DNA of 64,000 nucleotides from Phenylobacterium sp. (GTDB taxonomy: Bacteria; Pseudomonadota; Alphaproteobacteria; Caulobacterales; Caulobacteraceae), in the NCBI RefSeq assembly GCF_018001015.1, contig NZ_JAGNIV010000015.1; one strand, given 5' to 3'. Positions within the stretch are counted from its first letter, which is position 1. The number at the start of each line of letters is the position of its first letter. Made by a program: the position numbers and the translations under genes. Positions 18,507-27,707 of this stretch are shown here, one piece after another. The notes beneath the pieces are model-generated. The model was given only the letters and a program-made list of their open reading frames with translations. It searched no databases and was not told the origin of the DNA.

Positions 18507-21017
18507 ATGAAATCCACAACCCGCAACGCATGGCTGGCGAGCGTCTCGCTCGCTTCCGTATTGATCGCTGGGGCCGCCTCGGCCCAGACGCTGGCCGCCG
18601 CTGCGGCCGAGGTCGATGAGGTCATTGTCACCGGCACGCGGCAGACCGGCCTCAAGGTCGAAGACAGCGCCGCGCCGGTCCAGGTGGTCGACACCGCCGC
18701 CCTCACCCGCACCGGCCAGACCGACCTGCGGGTCGGCCTCGCCAACCTGGTGCCGTCCTTCAACGCCCAGGCCTTCGGTGGCGACACCGCCAACCTGACC
18801 CTGTCGGCGCGCCTGCGGGGCCTGTCGCCCAACCACGCCCTGGTGTTGATCAACGGCAAGCGTCGGCATACCACCGCCAACTTCGCCGTCCTTTCGGGCG
18901 CCTATCAGGGCGCGGCGGCGACCGACCTCAGCTTCATTCCCATGGCCTCCATTGGCCGGATCGAAGTCCTGACCGACGGCGCGGCGGCCCAGTACGGCAC
19001 CGACGCCATCGCCGGCGTCATCAACGTCATCCTCAAGAAGAACAGCGAGGGCGGCTCCATCTCCGCCACCGGCGGCGAGTACATCGATGAGGGCGGCAAG
19101 ACGGCCGCCATCTCGCTGAACATCGGAACCGCGCCCACCGAGAACAGCTATCTGAACCTGACGGCGGAGACCAAGTACCACGGTTTCAGCAACCGCGGCC
19201 TTGCCGACCAGCGCTCGGTCAACCCCGCCAGCCCCAGCTACTCGGCGACCCACTTCGCCTACGAAAGCACCCTGCCGGGCTTCCCCAACTTCAACCTGAT
19301 CTCCGGCGACGCGGAGTATCGGCTGAGCAATCTCGGCTACAATGGCGGCATCTCGGTCACCGACGACCTTGAGATCTATTCCTTCGGCTCCTACGGCCAC
19401 AAGGACGCCTCGGCCTATGAGAATTACCGCCGCTACAACCGCGTCCAGGGCAAGATGGGCGCGGCTGACCGACCCTATCCCGCCGGCTTCAGCCCGCGTG
19501 AGCGCATCATTGAGGACGACTATGCCGGCACCCTCGGCATTTCCGGCGCCGTCGGCGGCTGGAACTTCGACCTGAGCTCCACCTACGGCGTCGACGACAT
19601 CGAGGTCCGCGTCGAGGACTCCATCACCGCCAGCCTCTACGCCGACACCTCGACCCTGACCGCCAAGGGCTTCTCGCCCACCTCGTTCCACGCCGGCTCC
19701 TGGACCACCACCCAGCTGACCAACAACCTCGACCTCTCCAAGGAGTTCGAGGTCGGCCTGGCGACCCCCCTGGCCGCGGCCTTCGGCTTCGAAAACCGCC
19801 ACGAAACCTATGAGATCGGCGCCGGCGAGCCCGCGTCGCGGTACAAGGAAGGCTCGCAGTCCTATCCCGGGTTCGCGCTCACCGACGCCGGCAAGCACAG
19901 CCGCGACAGCTGGGCGATCTATGCTGACCTGGCGGTCTCGCCCGTCGAAGCCCTGCAGCTCGACGTCGCGGTCCGCTACGAGCATTTCAGCGACTTCGGT
20001 GAAACCACCGTCGCCAAGCTGACGGGACGCTACGATTTCAACGATTATATCGCGGTCCGCGGGACGGCCAGCACCGGCTTCCGCGCCCCGACCCTGGCGG
20101 AATCCTTCTATTCGGCCACCAACGTGTCGCCGACCTCGGCCTTCGTGCAACTGGCGCCCAACTCGCCGGCCGCCCGCCTGCTGGGCATCGACGCCCTGAA
20201 GCCCGAAGAATCCACCAACTACAGCATCGGCATCGTGGCCCACCCGCTGCCGGCCATGACCTTGACCCTGGACGCCTACCAGATCGAACTGACCGACCGC
20301 ATCTTCGGCTCCAGCTCGCTCTACGGCACCCGCGGCGGGGTCCTGACCTCGCCCCAGGTGCTGGCGGCGATCCTCGCCAACGGCAACGTGCTGGACCCGA
20401 CCGTGACCACCACGGGGATCAATATCTTTTCGAACGGCCTCGACACCCGCTCTCGCGGCGTCGATCTGGTGATCTCCTACCCCACCGACCTTGGTGACTA
20501 CGGCCGCATCGACTGGAGCCTGAGCGGGAACTACAACACCACCAAGGTCACCAAGGTGAAGGCGCCGCCCGCGCCGCTGGCCACCCCCAGCGTCCCGTTC
20601 CCCGCCGGACAGACCCTGTTCGCCGGCAACGCCAAGTCCCTGCTGGAAACCGCGTCCCCCAAGTACAAGCTTGGCCTGAACGCGCTCTACTCCTTCGGCG
20701 CCCTGACCGTGAACCTGACCGAGACCGTCTACGGCAAGTCCTCGGCCCTGTCGGATCCCGGCACCGGTCCGCTGCTGCAGACCTCCATCGGCACGACGGC
20801 CATCACCGACCTTGAAGTCTCCTATAAGTTCTTCGACGCGGTCACCGTCTCGATCGGGGCCAACAACCTGTTCAACAAGTACCCGGACAAGCTGTCGGCC
20901 CAGTTCCAGGCCGCCTGCGTCGCCTCCGGCGGGGGCTGCGTGGCGCAGTACCCCACCTACTCGCCCTTCGGCATCAACGGCGGCTACTACTACGGTCGCG
21001 TCACCTACGCCTTCTAA
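18507..21017 (+). CDS. TonB-dependent outer-membrane receptor
   Basis: Signal peptide MKSTTRNAWLASVSLASVLIAGAASAQT. Plug region DEVIVTGTR...LRGLSPNHALVLINGKRR. C-terminal beta-barrel ending ...GRVTYAF (terminal Phe). Confidence 0.9.
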   Translation: MKSTTRNAWLASVSLASVLIAGAASAQTLAAAAAEVDEVIVTGTRQTGLKVEDSAAPVQVVDTAALTRTGQTDLRVGLANLVPSFNAQAFGGDTANLTLSARLRGLSPNHALVLINGKRRHTTANFAVLSGAYQGAAATDLSFIPMASIGRIEVLTDGAAAQYGTDAIAGVINVILKKNSEGGSISATGGEYIDEGGKTAAISLNIGTAPTENSYLNLTAETKYHGFSNRGLADQRSVNPASPSYSATHFAYESTLPGFPNFNLISGDAEYRLSNLGYNGGISVTDDLEIYSFGSYGHKDASAYENYRRYNRVQGKMGAADRPYPAGFSPRERIIEDDYAGTLGISGAVGGWNFDLSSTYGVDDIEVRVEDSITASLYADTSTLTAKGFSPTSFHAGSWTTTQLTNNLDLSKEFEVGLATPLAAAFGFENRHETYEIGAGEPASRYKEGSQSYPGFALTDAGKHSRDSWAIYADLAVSPVEALQLDVAVRYEHFSDFGETTVAKLTGRYDFNDYIAVRGTASTGFRAPTLAESFYSATNVSPTSAFVQLAPNSPAARLLGIDALKPEESTNYSIGIVAHPLPAMTLTLDAYQIELTDRIFGSSSLYGTRGGVLTSPQVLAAILANGNVLDPTVTTTGINIFSNGLDTRSRGVDLVISYPTDLGDYGRIDWSLSGNYNTTKVTKVKAPPAPLATPSVPFPAGQTLFAGNAKSLLETASPKYKLGLNALYSFGALTVNLTETVYGKSSALSDPGTGPLLQTSIGTTAITDLEVSYKFFDAVTVSIGANNLFNKYPDKLSAQFQAACVASGGGCVAQYPTYSPFGINGGYYYGRVTYAF

Positions 21018-21041
21018 CCAAGGTCTTCGGAGAGCGTGGAA

Positions 21042-21068
21042 GGGCGGCCCTCAGGGGCCGCCCTTTTT
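21042..21068. terminator. Rho-independent terminator GGGCGGCCC-TCAG-GGGCCGCCC-TTTTT (bidirectional position)
   Basis: Perfect 9-bp stem plus T5, read directly, between the receptor stop (21017) and the convergent GNAT stop (21076). Confidence 0.75.
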
Positions 21069-21075
21069 CGTTGTG

Positions 21076-21681
21076 TCAGGCGCGCGCCAGGGTCTTGCCC
21101 ATGCGGATCAGCGGGACATTGAACCCTGTCGAGGTCTGGGCCTCAAAGGGCTCGATCGTCTGGTAGCCGGCGGCCCGATAGAGAGGCTCCCCCGAGAGCG
21201 TCGCGGCCATCTCGCAGCGGCTGAAGCCCTCTGCGGCGGCCGCGGCCTCGCAGGTATCCAGGATCAGCCTGCCCACCCCCCGGCGAGCGAAGTCGGGATG
21301 GGTGTACATGGCCCGGATGCGGGCCGGTTCCGTGGCGGGGTCCACCAGCCCCGCATCACGCCCGGCGCTGTGATCTCCGCCGAACAGGGTAGCCCGCCGG
21401 CTCCAGCCGCCGCAGCCGGCGATCTGGCCATCGGCCTCCACCACGAAATAGGCGCCGTCCTCGATCAGCTGGCTGTCCAGCCCCATGATCTCGAAGGAGG
21501 CGGCGACCCCCTCGGGCGGCAGGTAGGCCGCCAGGTGGACGCGGATCGCCTGCTCCATCAGGGCGCGCAGGATCTCGATATCACCCGGGTCTGCTTTTCG
21601 GATGGCCAAGGCGCCATGCGGCGCAGCCGCCACGGCGCGGGCCGCCTCGCGTCGGTTAATGTCGCTTGCCGGCATACCCAC
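21076..21681 (-). CDS. GNAT family N-acetyltransferase
   Basis: VVEADGQIAGCGGW...MYTHPDFARRGVGRLILDTCEAAAAAEGF gives the acetyl-CoA binding R/Q-x-x-G-x-G/A motif. Confidence 0.85.
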   Translation of the reverse strand: MGMPASDINRREAARAVAAAPHGALAIRKADPGDIEILRALMEQAIRVHLAAYLPPEGVAASFEIMGLDSQLIEDGAYFVVEADGQIAGCGGWSRRATLFGGDHSAGRDAGLVDPATEPARIRAMYTHPDFARRGVGRLILDTCEAAAAAEGFSRCEMAATLSGEPLYRAAGYQTIEPFEAQTSTGFNVPLIRMGKTLARA

Positions 21682-21808
21682 CCCCTGTGGCCCAGGACAA
21701 TTCCTCGCGCGCTGGCGAGCAAGACTAGACCACCGAGATCCACGGGTCGCTATGCGGATGCTGTTCTGGCCCTTGATGAAGCGGGCGGCTTGGGGACAGT
21801 CTCGCCCT

Positions 21809-22840
21809 ATGAGCCTGCCGCCCCTGCCCTACCAGCCCTCCGGAACCCCCTGGCCGACCGAGGAATGGCCGCTCGGCCTGTTCCCGCCCGGCTTCGACCG
21901 CCTGCGCCTCGATGACCTGATGGCCGAGCAGTTCGACCAGCTGGCCTTCGGCGAGGCCCACGCCGTGGTGATCATCCGGGAAGGCCGGCTGATCTTTGAG
22001 CGCTATGGCCCTGACCACGGCCCCGACAAGACCTGCATGTCCTGGTCCAAGGCCAAGAGCATCACCCACGCCCTGACCGGCCTGCTGGTGGGGGACGGCA
22101 AGCTGGATATCCACGCCCCGGCCGACGTGCCCGAATGGCGTGACGGCGGCGACCCGCGCGGCGCCATCACCCTCGACCACCTGCTGCGCATGTCCTCCGG
22201 CCTGGAATTCTCCGAGGTCTACCTGCCCGATCAGCAGTCCGACACCATCGAGATGATGTGGGGCTCGGGGAAGGAGGACGTGGCCCACTACGCCGCCGAC
22301 AAGCCCCTGGACTACGCCCCCGATCGCTACTGGTCCTATTCCAGCGGCACGACCAACATCATCGCCCGCGTGCTGGCCAAGACCCTCGACGCCTACGGCC
22401 CCGACTTCGAGACCTTCATGCGCGAACGGCTGTTCAAGCCGCTGGGCATGACCAGCCCGGTCCCGAAGTTCGATCCGGCCGGCACCTTCATCGGCTCGTC
22501 CTTCTGCTTCGCCACAGCCCAGGATTTCGCCCGCTTCGGCCTGCTCTATCTGCGCGGCGGGGTCTGGGAGAACCAGCGTCTGCTGCCCGAAGGCTGGGTC
22601 GACTATGCCCGCACGCCCACCTTCCAGCAGGAGGGGGTCACTGACGGCCCCTATGGCGCCCACTGGTGGCTTGGCCTCGGCGGCCCAGGGTCCTTCTCCG
22701 CCAATGGCCACGAGGGCCAGTTCACCCTGCTGGTCCCCGACCTTGACCTGGTGGTGGTCCGCCACGGCAAGACCCCCGCCGAGAAGAAGGACGACCTCAA
22801 GGCCTGGCTCGCCGAACTGGTGGACTGCTTCCGACCGTGA
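21809..22840 (+). CDS. Serine hydrolase, beta-lactamase/PBP4*-related family
   Basis: SxxK motif in MSWSKAKSITHALTG. WSYSSGTTNI and later conserved blocks are typical of class-C-like serine hydrolases. Start ambiguous (ATGs at 21752, 21758, 21776, 21809). Confidence 0.8.
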   Translation: MSLPPLPYQPSGTPWPTEEWPLGLFPPGFDRLRLDDLMAEQFDQLAFGEAHAVVIIREGRLIFERYGPDHGPDKTCMSWSKAKSITHALTGLLVGDGKLDIHAPADVPEWRDGGDPRGAITLDHLLRMSSGLEFSEVYLPDQQSDTIEMMWGSGKEDVAHYAADKPLDYAPDRYWSYSSGTTNIIARVLAKTLDAYGPDFETFMRERLFKPLGMTSPVPKFDPAGTFIGSSFCFATAQDFARFGLLYLRGGVWENQRLLPEGWVDYARTPTFQQEGVTDGPYGAHWWLGLGGPGSFSANGHEGQFTLLVPDLDLVVVRHGKTPAEKKDDLKAWLAELVDCFRP

Positions 22841-22861
22841 GCCGCCCATCGGGGCGCGGAG

Positions 22862-23848
22862 TCAGCACGGCGCGGCGTGGGCGGCGACGGCGATGGCCAG
22901 CTCGTCGCGCATCATCTGCTTCAGCCGCTCCGGCCCCAGGATCTCCACCTTGTCGCCCCAGGTGAACAGGTGCCAGGCCAGCTCGCGCATGCCGCCGGCG
23001 TGGAAGGTGGCCAGCACGCCGCCGTCGGGCAGGGGCTCCAGCCTCTGGGTCGGGTGGAAGCGCCAGCCCATGGCCTCCTCGGCGCCATGGGGCAGGATGC
23101 GCAGCCGCACCTCCTCCACCGCGTCCTGATAGATGCCGAAGGAGCGCTCGACGAAGGCCTGCAGGGTGAAGTCCTCGGGCTTGGCGCCGAAGGTCTCGGT
23201 GACCTCCAGGTCCGCCACCCGGTCGAGACGCCAGGTACGCGGCTCCTTCGAACTTCCCTCCGCCCCCACCAGGTAGTTGGACCGCCCGAACAGCACCCCG
23301 AAGGGCGTGATCTCCCGCACCCGCCCCGGCGTCGAACCGCCCTGGTATCTGAACCGCAGCCGCCGCAGCGACTTGATGGCGTCGCGGATGGCGCCCAGCA
23401 CGCTCTCATCCTCGAAGGGCCTGGGCCCGGCATGGATGGAGATGGCCTCGGCTTCCAACAGGGCCTCAAGGTCCGGGGCGAGCTTGCGGCGTACCCCGGC
23501 CCGCATGGCCGACAGCACCTTCTGCTCCAGGTTCAACAGGGCGGCCGACCGGCCGGTTGCGCCCATGGCCCGGAACTGCTCGGCCGCCGCGTGCAGGGCC
23601 GCGAACTCATCGGCGGTCGGGGCCTGGAAGATGCCGTCGAGGCCGGAGGGAATCTTCCAGCGCCGGGTGGGCGGGTCCTCCACCTCTTCCATCTGCGGGA
23701 AGGCGTCGCGCACGGCGTCGCGCATCCGCTCGGCGGTGCGCCGCCCCACCCCCATGGCCTGGGCCATCTCGTCCAGGGTCAGGCCCTCGGCGGAGGAGGC
23801 CAGCAGGCGGGCCAACTCCAGCAGCCGTGTCGCCTTCTCGTGCCGCAA
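22862..23848 (-). CDS. WYL-domain transcriptional regulator (HTH-WYL-WCX, YafY/DriD-like)
   Basis: N-terminal HTH RLLELARLLASSAEGLTLDEMAQAMGVGRRTAERM. Central LRFRYQGGST...REITPFGVLFGRSNYLVGA...RTWRLDRV WYL block. C-terminal extension. Confidence 0.85.
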   Translation of the reverse strand: MRHEKATRLLELARLLASSAEGLTLDEMAQAMGVGRRTAERMRDAVRDAFPQMEEVEDPPTRRWKIPSGLDGIFQAPTADEFAALHAAAEQFRAMGATGRSAALLNLEQKVLSAMRAGVRRKLAPDLEALLEAEAISIHAGPRPFEDESVLGAIRDAIKSLRRLRFRYQGGSTPGRVREITPFGVLFGRSNYLVGAEGSSKEPRTWRLDRVADLEVTETFGAKPEDFTLQAFVERSFGIYQDAVEEVRLRILPHGAEEAMGWRFHPTQRLEPLPDGGVLATFHAGGMRELAWHLFTWGDKVEILGPERLKQMMRDELAIAVAAHAAPC

Positions 23849-23901
23849 GCTGCGTCCTCCGCCGTCCTCCCCACCTTTTAGCCGGTGAGCGCCGTCTCCG
23901 G

Positions 23902-24444
23902 CTACCGGTCCGCGCGGGGCTGGGCGGCGATGGCCGCGGCGAACCGCGCCAGTCCCCCGCCCAGGGCGGCCGACAGCTCCGGGTCGGCGGCGATGCCCGC
24001 GGCGTCCAGCGGCCGGCCCCGCAGCGGCAGCACCACGAAGGCGTCGTCCACCAGCCGCGCCGACATGGTGGTCAATATCTCCCGCAGCTGGGCCGGGGCG
24101 TGGACCGACCCCGGCGAGGTGCTGATCAGGATGGTGGGGGTGTCGTGGAACTCCAGGCTGGCCACCAGCCAGTCCAGCCCGTTCTTCAGGGCGCCGGGAA
24201 CGCCGTGGGCGTATTCCGGCGAGCTGATCAGCAGGCCGTCGCTGGCCCCGACCGCCTGGCGCAGGGCCGCCACGGCGGCGGGCGGGGCCTCTGTGTCGAG
24301 GTCAGGATTGAAGTGCGGCAGGTCCCCAAGGCCCTCATAGGCCGTCACCTCCACCCCCGGCGGCGCCAGCAGGGCCGCGGCCCGCAGCGCCGCGCCGTTG
24401 GATGAGACAGCCCTCAGGCTGCCGCAGAGGGCGAGCAGGCGCAT
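23902..24444 (-). CDS. NADPH-dependent FMN reductase family protein
   Basis: MRLLALCGSLRAVSSNGAALRAA...DGLLISSPEYAHGVPGALKNGLDW is the FMN_red signature. ATG at 24444. Confidence 0.85.
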   Translation of the reverse strand: MRLLALCGSLRAVSSNGAALRAAALLAPPGVEVTAYEGLGDLPHFNPDLDTEAPPAAVAALRQAVGASDGLLISSPEYAHGVPGALKNGLDWLVASLEFHDTPTILISTSPGSVHAPAQLREILTTMSARLVDDAFVVLPLRGRPLDAAGIAADPELSAALGGGLARFAAAIAAQPRADR

Positions 24445-24603
24445 GGAACTCCAATCCCGGAAACCTGGTGAATCCTCGTTCGTTGATAGGCCGAGTCGGT
24501 GCGCCGGCCGGGACCCAGAAAAAGAGAACATAGCAAAAACATACGACCGGTTCTGACGCACCCGGCGCCTAGGGTGATCCTGCCGAAACGAAAGGAGCCA
24601 CCC

Positions 24604-24999
24604 ATGCCCAACGTCGCTCAACTCCGCCGCCCCCGCGCCGTCCGCTCCGAACCGTTGTTCCTGTTCGACGTCCGCCGCCCGGTGGAGCCGGCCAACGCCG
24701 AGATGATCGCCAAGGTCATCACCCACGCCGACATCGCCGTGCGCCAGGCCGGCGGCCGCCTGAAGCTGCGGGTCTCGCCCGAGATGGTGGAACGCCTGCA
24801 GATCCAGGGCCGCCTGGCCACCGGCGACCACCGCCTGGCCGACCTCACCGTGGTCTGGGACGAAGCCCAGGGCGAAGTGGTCAGCGTCCGCGACGACGCC
24901 CGCCTGCGCGACGCCAACGCCCGCTTCGCCGAATGGGACTCCCTCTGGGACGAAGCCAGCTACGAGTTCACCGACGAGCGCCAGTCGGTGGCCGCTTAG
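24604..24999 (+). CDS. Hypothetical protein (131 aa)
   Basis: ATG at 24604 preceded by AAAGGAG RBS. Protein-like composition, no domain recognised. Confidence 0.6.
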   Translation: MPNVAQLRRPRAVRSEPLFLFDVRRPVEPANAEMIAKVITHADIAVRQAGGRLKLRVSPEMVERLQIQGRLATGDHRLADLTVVWDEAQGEVVSVRDDARLRDANARFAEWDSLWDEASYEFTDERQSVAA

Positions 25000-25129
25000 G
25001 GCGTCAGTCGGCCTTGTCGGCCGTGGCCCAAGTGGCCAGTTCGGCCGGGGCGGATTCACCGGGGCGTTCATGTTGCAGTACTTGACCGCAGTGGGCGCCA
25101 CGGCGCTCAGGCTAGACGACCAAGCAAAA

Positions 25130-25936
25130 TCAGGCGCCGTGATAGTCCGCGATTGGAATGTCGATTGAACGACCCGATATCCGATCTTTGATGATCAGCG
25201 AGTAGTTGTAGCCTCCCTGTTTCGCGAAGCGCGGGAGCAGCTTATCCATAAGATCTGAACCATAAGCAGGCGTCATAAAGAGCAGTTTAACCTCGACAGA
25301 GGTTTGCGGTTCTATTGTGAACGGTGATCGGAAATACACCGTGGGCTCTATGCCGGCCGAGAGAAGCCGGTCGCGAATCGTAGCGCCGTAGGTCCTGCCG
25401 CCCGGCTCAATATCAGATGCGGGAAGCCTGAAATCTGCCGTGTCTGGCCCGAATACGCGCAGTTCTATTTCCAATATCAGCCGATCAGTCTTGGATAGGT
25501 TGGTTAGCAGAACGGGACCGTATTGCAGGGCCCAGGAATCGCGATCTCGGTCCTCGCTCAGCATTGCCCAGCCTGACGACACATGCTTCCGGCGGAAGGC
25601 AACATCCAAGGGGATGCGTTCCGGAGTCTCGGTCTTCAGGTGAGGCATAGATGGCGGCGGCGAGGCCGGGGTCGGCGCTCGCTCCATGCGTTCAGCGGCA
25701 ACGCCTGACCAAATGAAAGCCATCAACCAAGCAAGAAAAATCGCGATCATCGCGACCCAAGCCCATGGGCTTCCCACTATCGCCACCGCGCCCAGATACC
25801 GGTCTGCGGTCCAGTCTTTTGCGCCGTCCCATACTTGCGAAGCGGCGAGTGCAATGCCGACCACAGCGACAGCCACACCGCCCACAGCAGGCCACAACCA
25901 CTTGAGAAATCCGTGGATGGTCTCCGCTGCGCGCAT
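25130..25936 (-). CDS. Hypothetical membrane protein (2 TM + soluble C-terminal domain), lower-GC islet
   Basis: TM segments WLWPAVGGVAVAVVGIALAA and AVAIVGSPWAWVAMIAIFLAWLMAFIW, then a beta-rich-looking domain. Local GC is clearly below the surroundings. Confidence 0.6.
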   Translation of the reverse strand: MRAAETIHGFLKWLWPAVGGVAVAVVGIALAASQVWDGAKDWTADRYLGAVAIVGSPWAWVAMIAIFLAWLMAFIWSGVAAERMERAPTPASPPPSMPHLKTETPERIPLDVAFRRKHVSSGWAMLSEDRDRDSWALQYGPVLLTNLSKTDRLILEIELRVFGPDTADFRLPASDIEPGGRTYGATIRDRLLSAGIEPTVYFRSPFTIEPQTSVEVKLLFMTPAYGSDLMDKLLPRFAKQGGYNYSLIIKDRISGRSIDIPIADYHGA

Positions 25937-26021
25937 TCCCTCACCCTGCCCCGACTCTCGCCAGCACGGCAACGCTTCCGCGTGATAGCGTGTTGCTCAA
26001 TCGAGCGGGGAGGGAGCGCAG

Positions 26022-27008
26022 ATGCGCTGGGCGACTGTGCTGGTAGCTGTATCCGCGATTGGGCTGTGCGGGGCATCAGAACCGCCCAAACAGCCAAGCG
26101 ACAAACAGCAGGAAGCCCAGGCCGCCAATGCTCAGGGCAAGCCAGCCCCGCCAGCTCCGGCATCCGCGCCCCCCAAGAATGTCGAACAAGCCCCACCCAG
26201 CAAAGAGCGGCGTCAGGATGATGAGGGCGCTCCCGGACGCCACCTTCAAGAGTATGGGCTCTATGCGACCATTGCTCAGGCCATCATCGGCATCGTTGGG
26301 CTTGTCGGCCTGTTCTTCACGGTCCTTTACGCCAAGCGGGCGTGGGGCGAAGCTAAGCGAAGCGCGGATGCTTCCAGGGACGGGCTGGCCGACGCCCGCT
26401 CCGATGCGGCTGAGCAGGCTAGACGCTTTGAGGCCCAACTTCACATCGCGACTGAAAATCTCAAGATTGCCCAGCGCGCCGCAGCCGAAACTGACCGCGC
26501 CTGGCTCAGCCTCACCGTCACTCCAATCGGCGCCCTTCAGATCGATGACGATAAGATTTCTATCAAGGTCAGCGTGGTCACCAAGAACGTCGGAAAGGGA
26601 CCTGCGATTGGGGTCGAGAACACCGCGGAGCTGGCTTTTGACGTGTTCGATTTGGACCGCACGATCCGACAGAACCCAGGGCTTCAAATCCTTAGCGGGC
26701 GGTTCGGGGAGATCATCTTTCCGGACGATGACAGGCGTTGGGAAGGCGTCGCTTCGGTGAGCCGCGAGGCCATGGCCGAAGCAATCGCGGCAGATCGCGC
26801 GAGTGATAAGCCAATCGGCGTGTACCCGAGCATCGTTGCGGGGGTTCGTTACTGCCTTCCCGGTGATAACACTCGGCGACTGACCTACATCTACCTCAGC
26901 CTCGCAAAGCGCGCGGACGCGAAAGCGAGCTTTGATGAGGGGGACACAAGTCTCGACCTCGCTGATCTGACGTGGTGCTCCGATTTGCGAACCGGTCCAG
27001 TCACCTAA
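26022..27008 (+). CDS. Hypothetical membrane-anchored protein (signal/anchor, Pro/Gln/Ala-rich linker, TM, coiled coil, beta-rich C-domain), lower-GC islet
   Basis: TM IAQAIIGIVGLVGLFFTVLY. Coiled-coil-like DASRDGLADARSDAAEQARRFEAQLHIATENLKIAQRAAAE. C-terminal ISIKVSVVTKNVGKGPAIGV. Third-codon-position G/C preference favours this strand over the antisense ORF 26076..27050. Confidence 0.6.
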   Translation: MRWATVLVAVSAIGLCGASEPPKQPSDKQQEAQAANAQGKPAPPAPASAPPKNVEQAPPSKERRQDDEGAPGRHLQEYGLYATIAQAIIGIVGLVGLFFTVLYAKRAWGEAKRSADASRDGLADARSDAAEQARRFEAQLHIATENLKIAQRAAAETDRAWLSLTVTPIGALQIDDDKISIKVSVVTKNVGKGPAIGVENTAELAFDVFDLDRTIRQNPGLQILSGRFGEIIFPDDDRRWEGVASVSREAMAEAIAADRASDKPIGVYPSIVAGVRYCLPGDNTRRLTYIYLSLAKRADAKASFDEGDTSLDLADLTWCSDLRTGPVT

Positions 27009-27187
27009 CACGGCTAGCGCCGCCAGAACTCCTAGCCACGTTGGGGTCACTCCTTTGTTGGAGCGGGACCACGCGGCAGCTGAACGCGGCCGGCACCGCC
27101 CGCCCCCACCGCTGTCGTCGCCTCACAATCCCTTATTGCGAGTCATTCTCATCTGCAATAAGCCTGGAGGCCCGCAAGGAGTCGTCC

Positions 27188-27652
27188 ATGGCACAAGACA
27201 CCGACCTCACCCACGGCGAACGCCTGCTGCTGTTTGGTTTCCGGGCCCTGGCCTTTGAGCTGGGGGCCTGTCCCCTGGTGCGGCGCGCCTTCCGGCAGGC
27301 CTGCGGCGGCGGCGAGGCGCTGGGCGCCCTGGAGGTGTTCGTGCGCGAACTGGCCCGCCACGGGCGGCGCAAGGTGACCCTCGGCGGCCCCGGCTCCCTG
27401 CCGCTCAGCCGGGACGAGCAGCTGATCCTGGCCCTGTTCGCCGCCGCCCAGGCCGAGGACTATGCCCGGCTGGAGGCCCATCTGGCCTGGCTGCTGGCCG
27501 ACAGCCCCCGCGCGCCTTTCGCCGCCGCCGCCTGCCTGGTGGCCCAGACCTTCGGCTTCAACGGCCTGGTCCTGCGGGTCCCGGACGTGGCCCCCGGCCC
27601 GGAGGCCCGCGCGGCCTCGGAGGTCGTGGTTCCCCTGCGCCGGGCGCTCTAG
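27188..27652 (+). CDS. Hypothetical protein (154 aa)
   Basis: ATG at 27188 preceded by a GGAG-containing RBS. Helical, Ala/Leu-rich. No domain recognised. Confidence 0.55.
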   Translation: MAQDTDLTHGERLLLFGFRALAFELGACPLVRRAFRQACGGGEALGALEVFVRELARHGRRKVTLGGPGSLPLSRDEQLILALFAAAQAEDYARLEAHLAWLLADSPRAPFAAAACLVAQTFGFNGLVLRVPDVAPGPEARAASEVVVPLRRAL

Positions 27653-27707
27653 GGTCCATCGGCGATCGGGAATTTCGGCGCCTTGGCCCTCCCCCTCATC
27701 CGCTCAT

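Noticed and set aside
26076-27050. 324-aa antisense ORF covering the same DNA as 26022..27008(+) in the lower-GC islet.
   Set aside because: Its translation (e.g. RGCRSWRGW, many R/S/G) is less protein-like. The plus frame shows the expected third-position G/C bias, a TM helix, a coiled coil and an ATG just downstream of a GGGGAGGGAG stretch. Strand choice should still be confirmed with a coding-potential tool.
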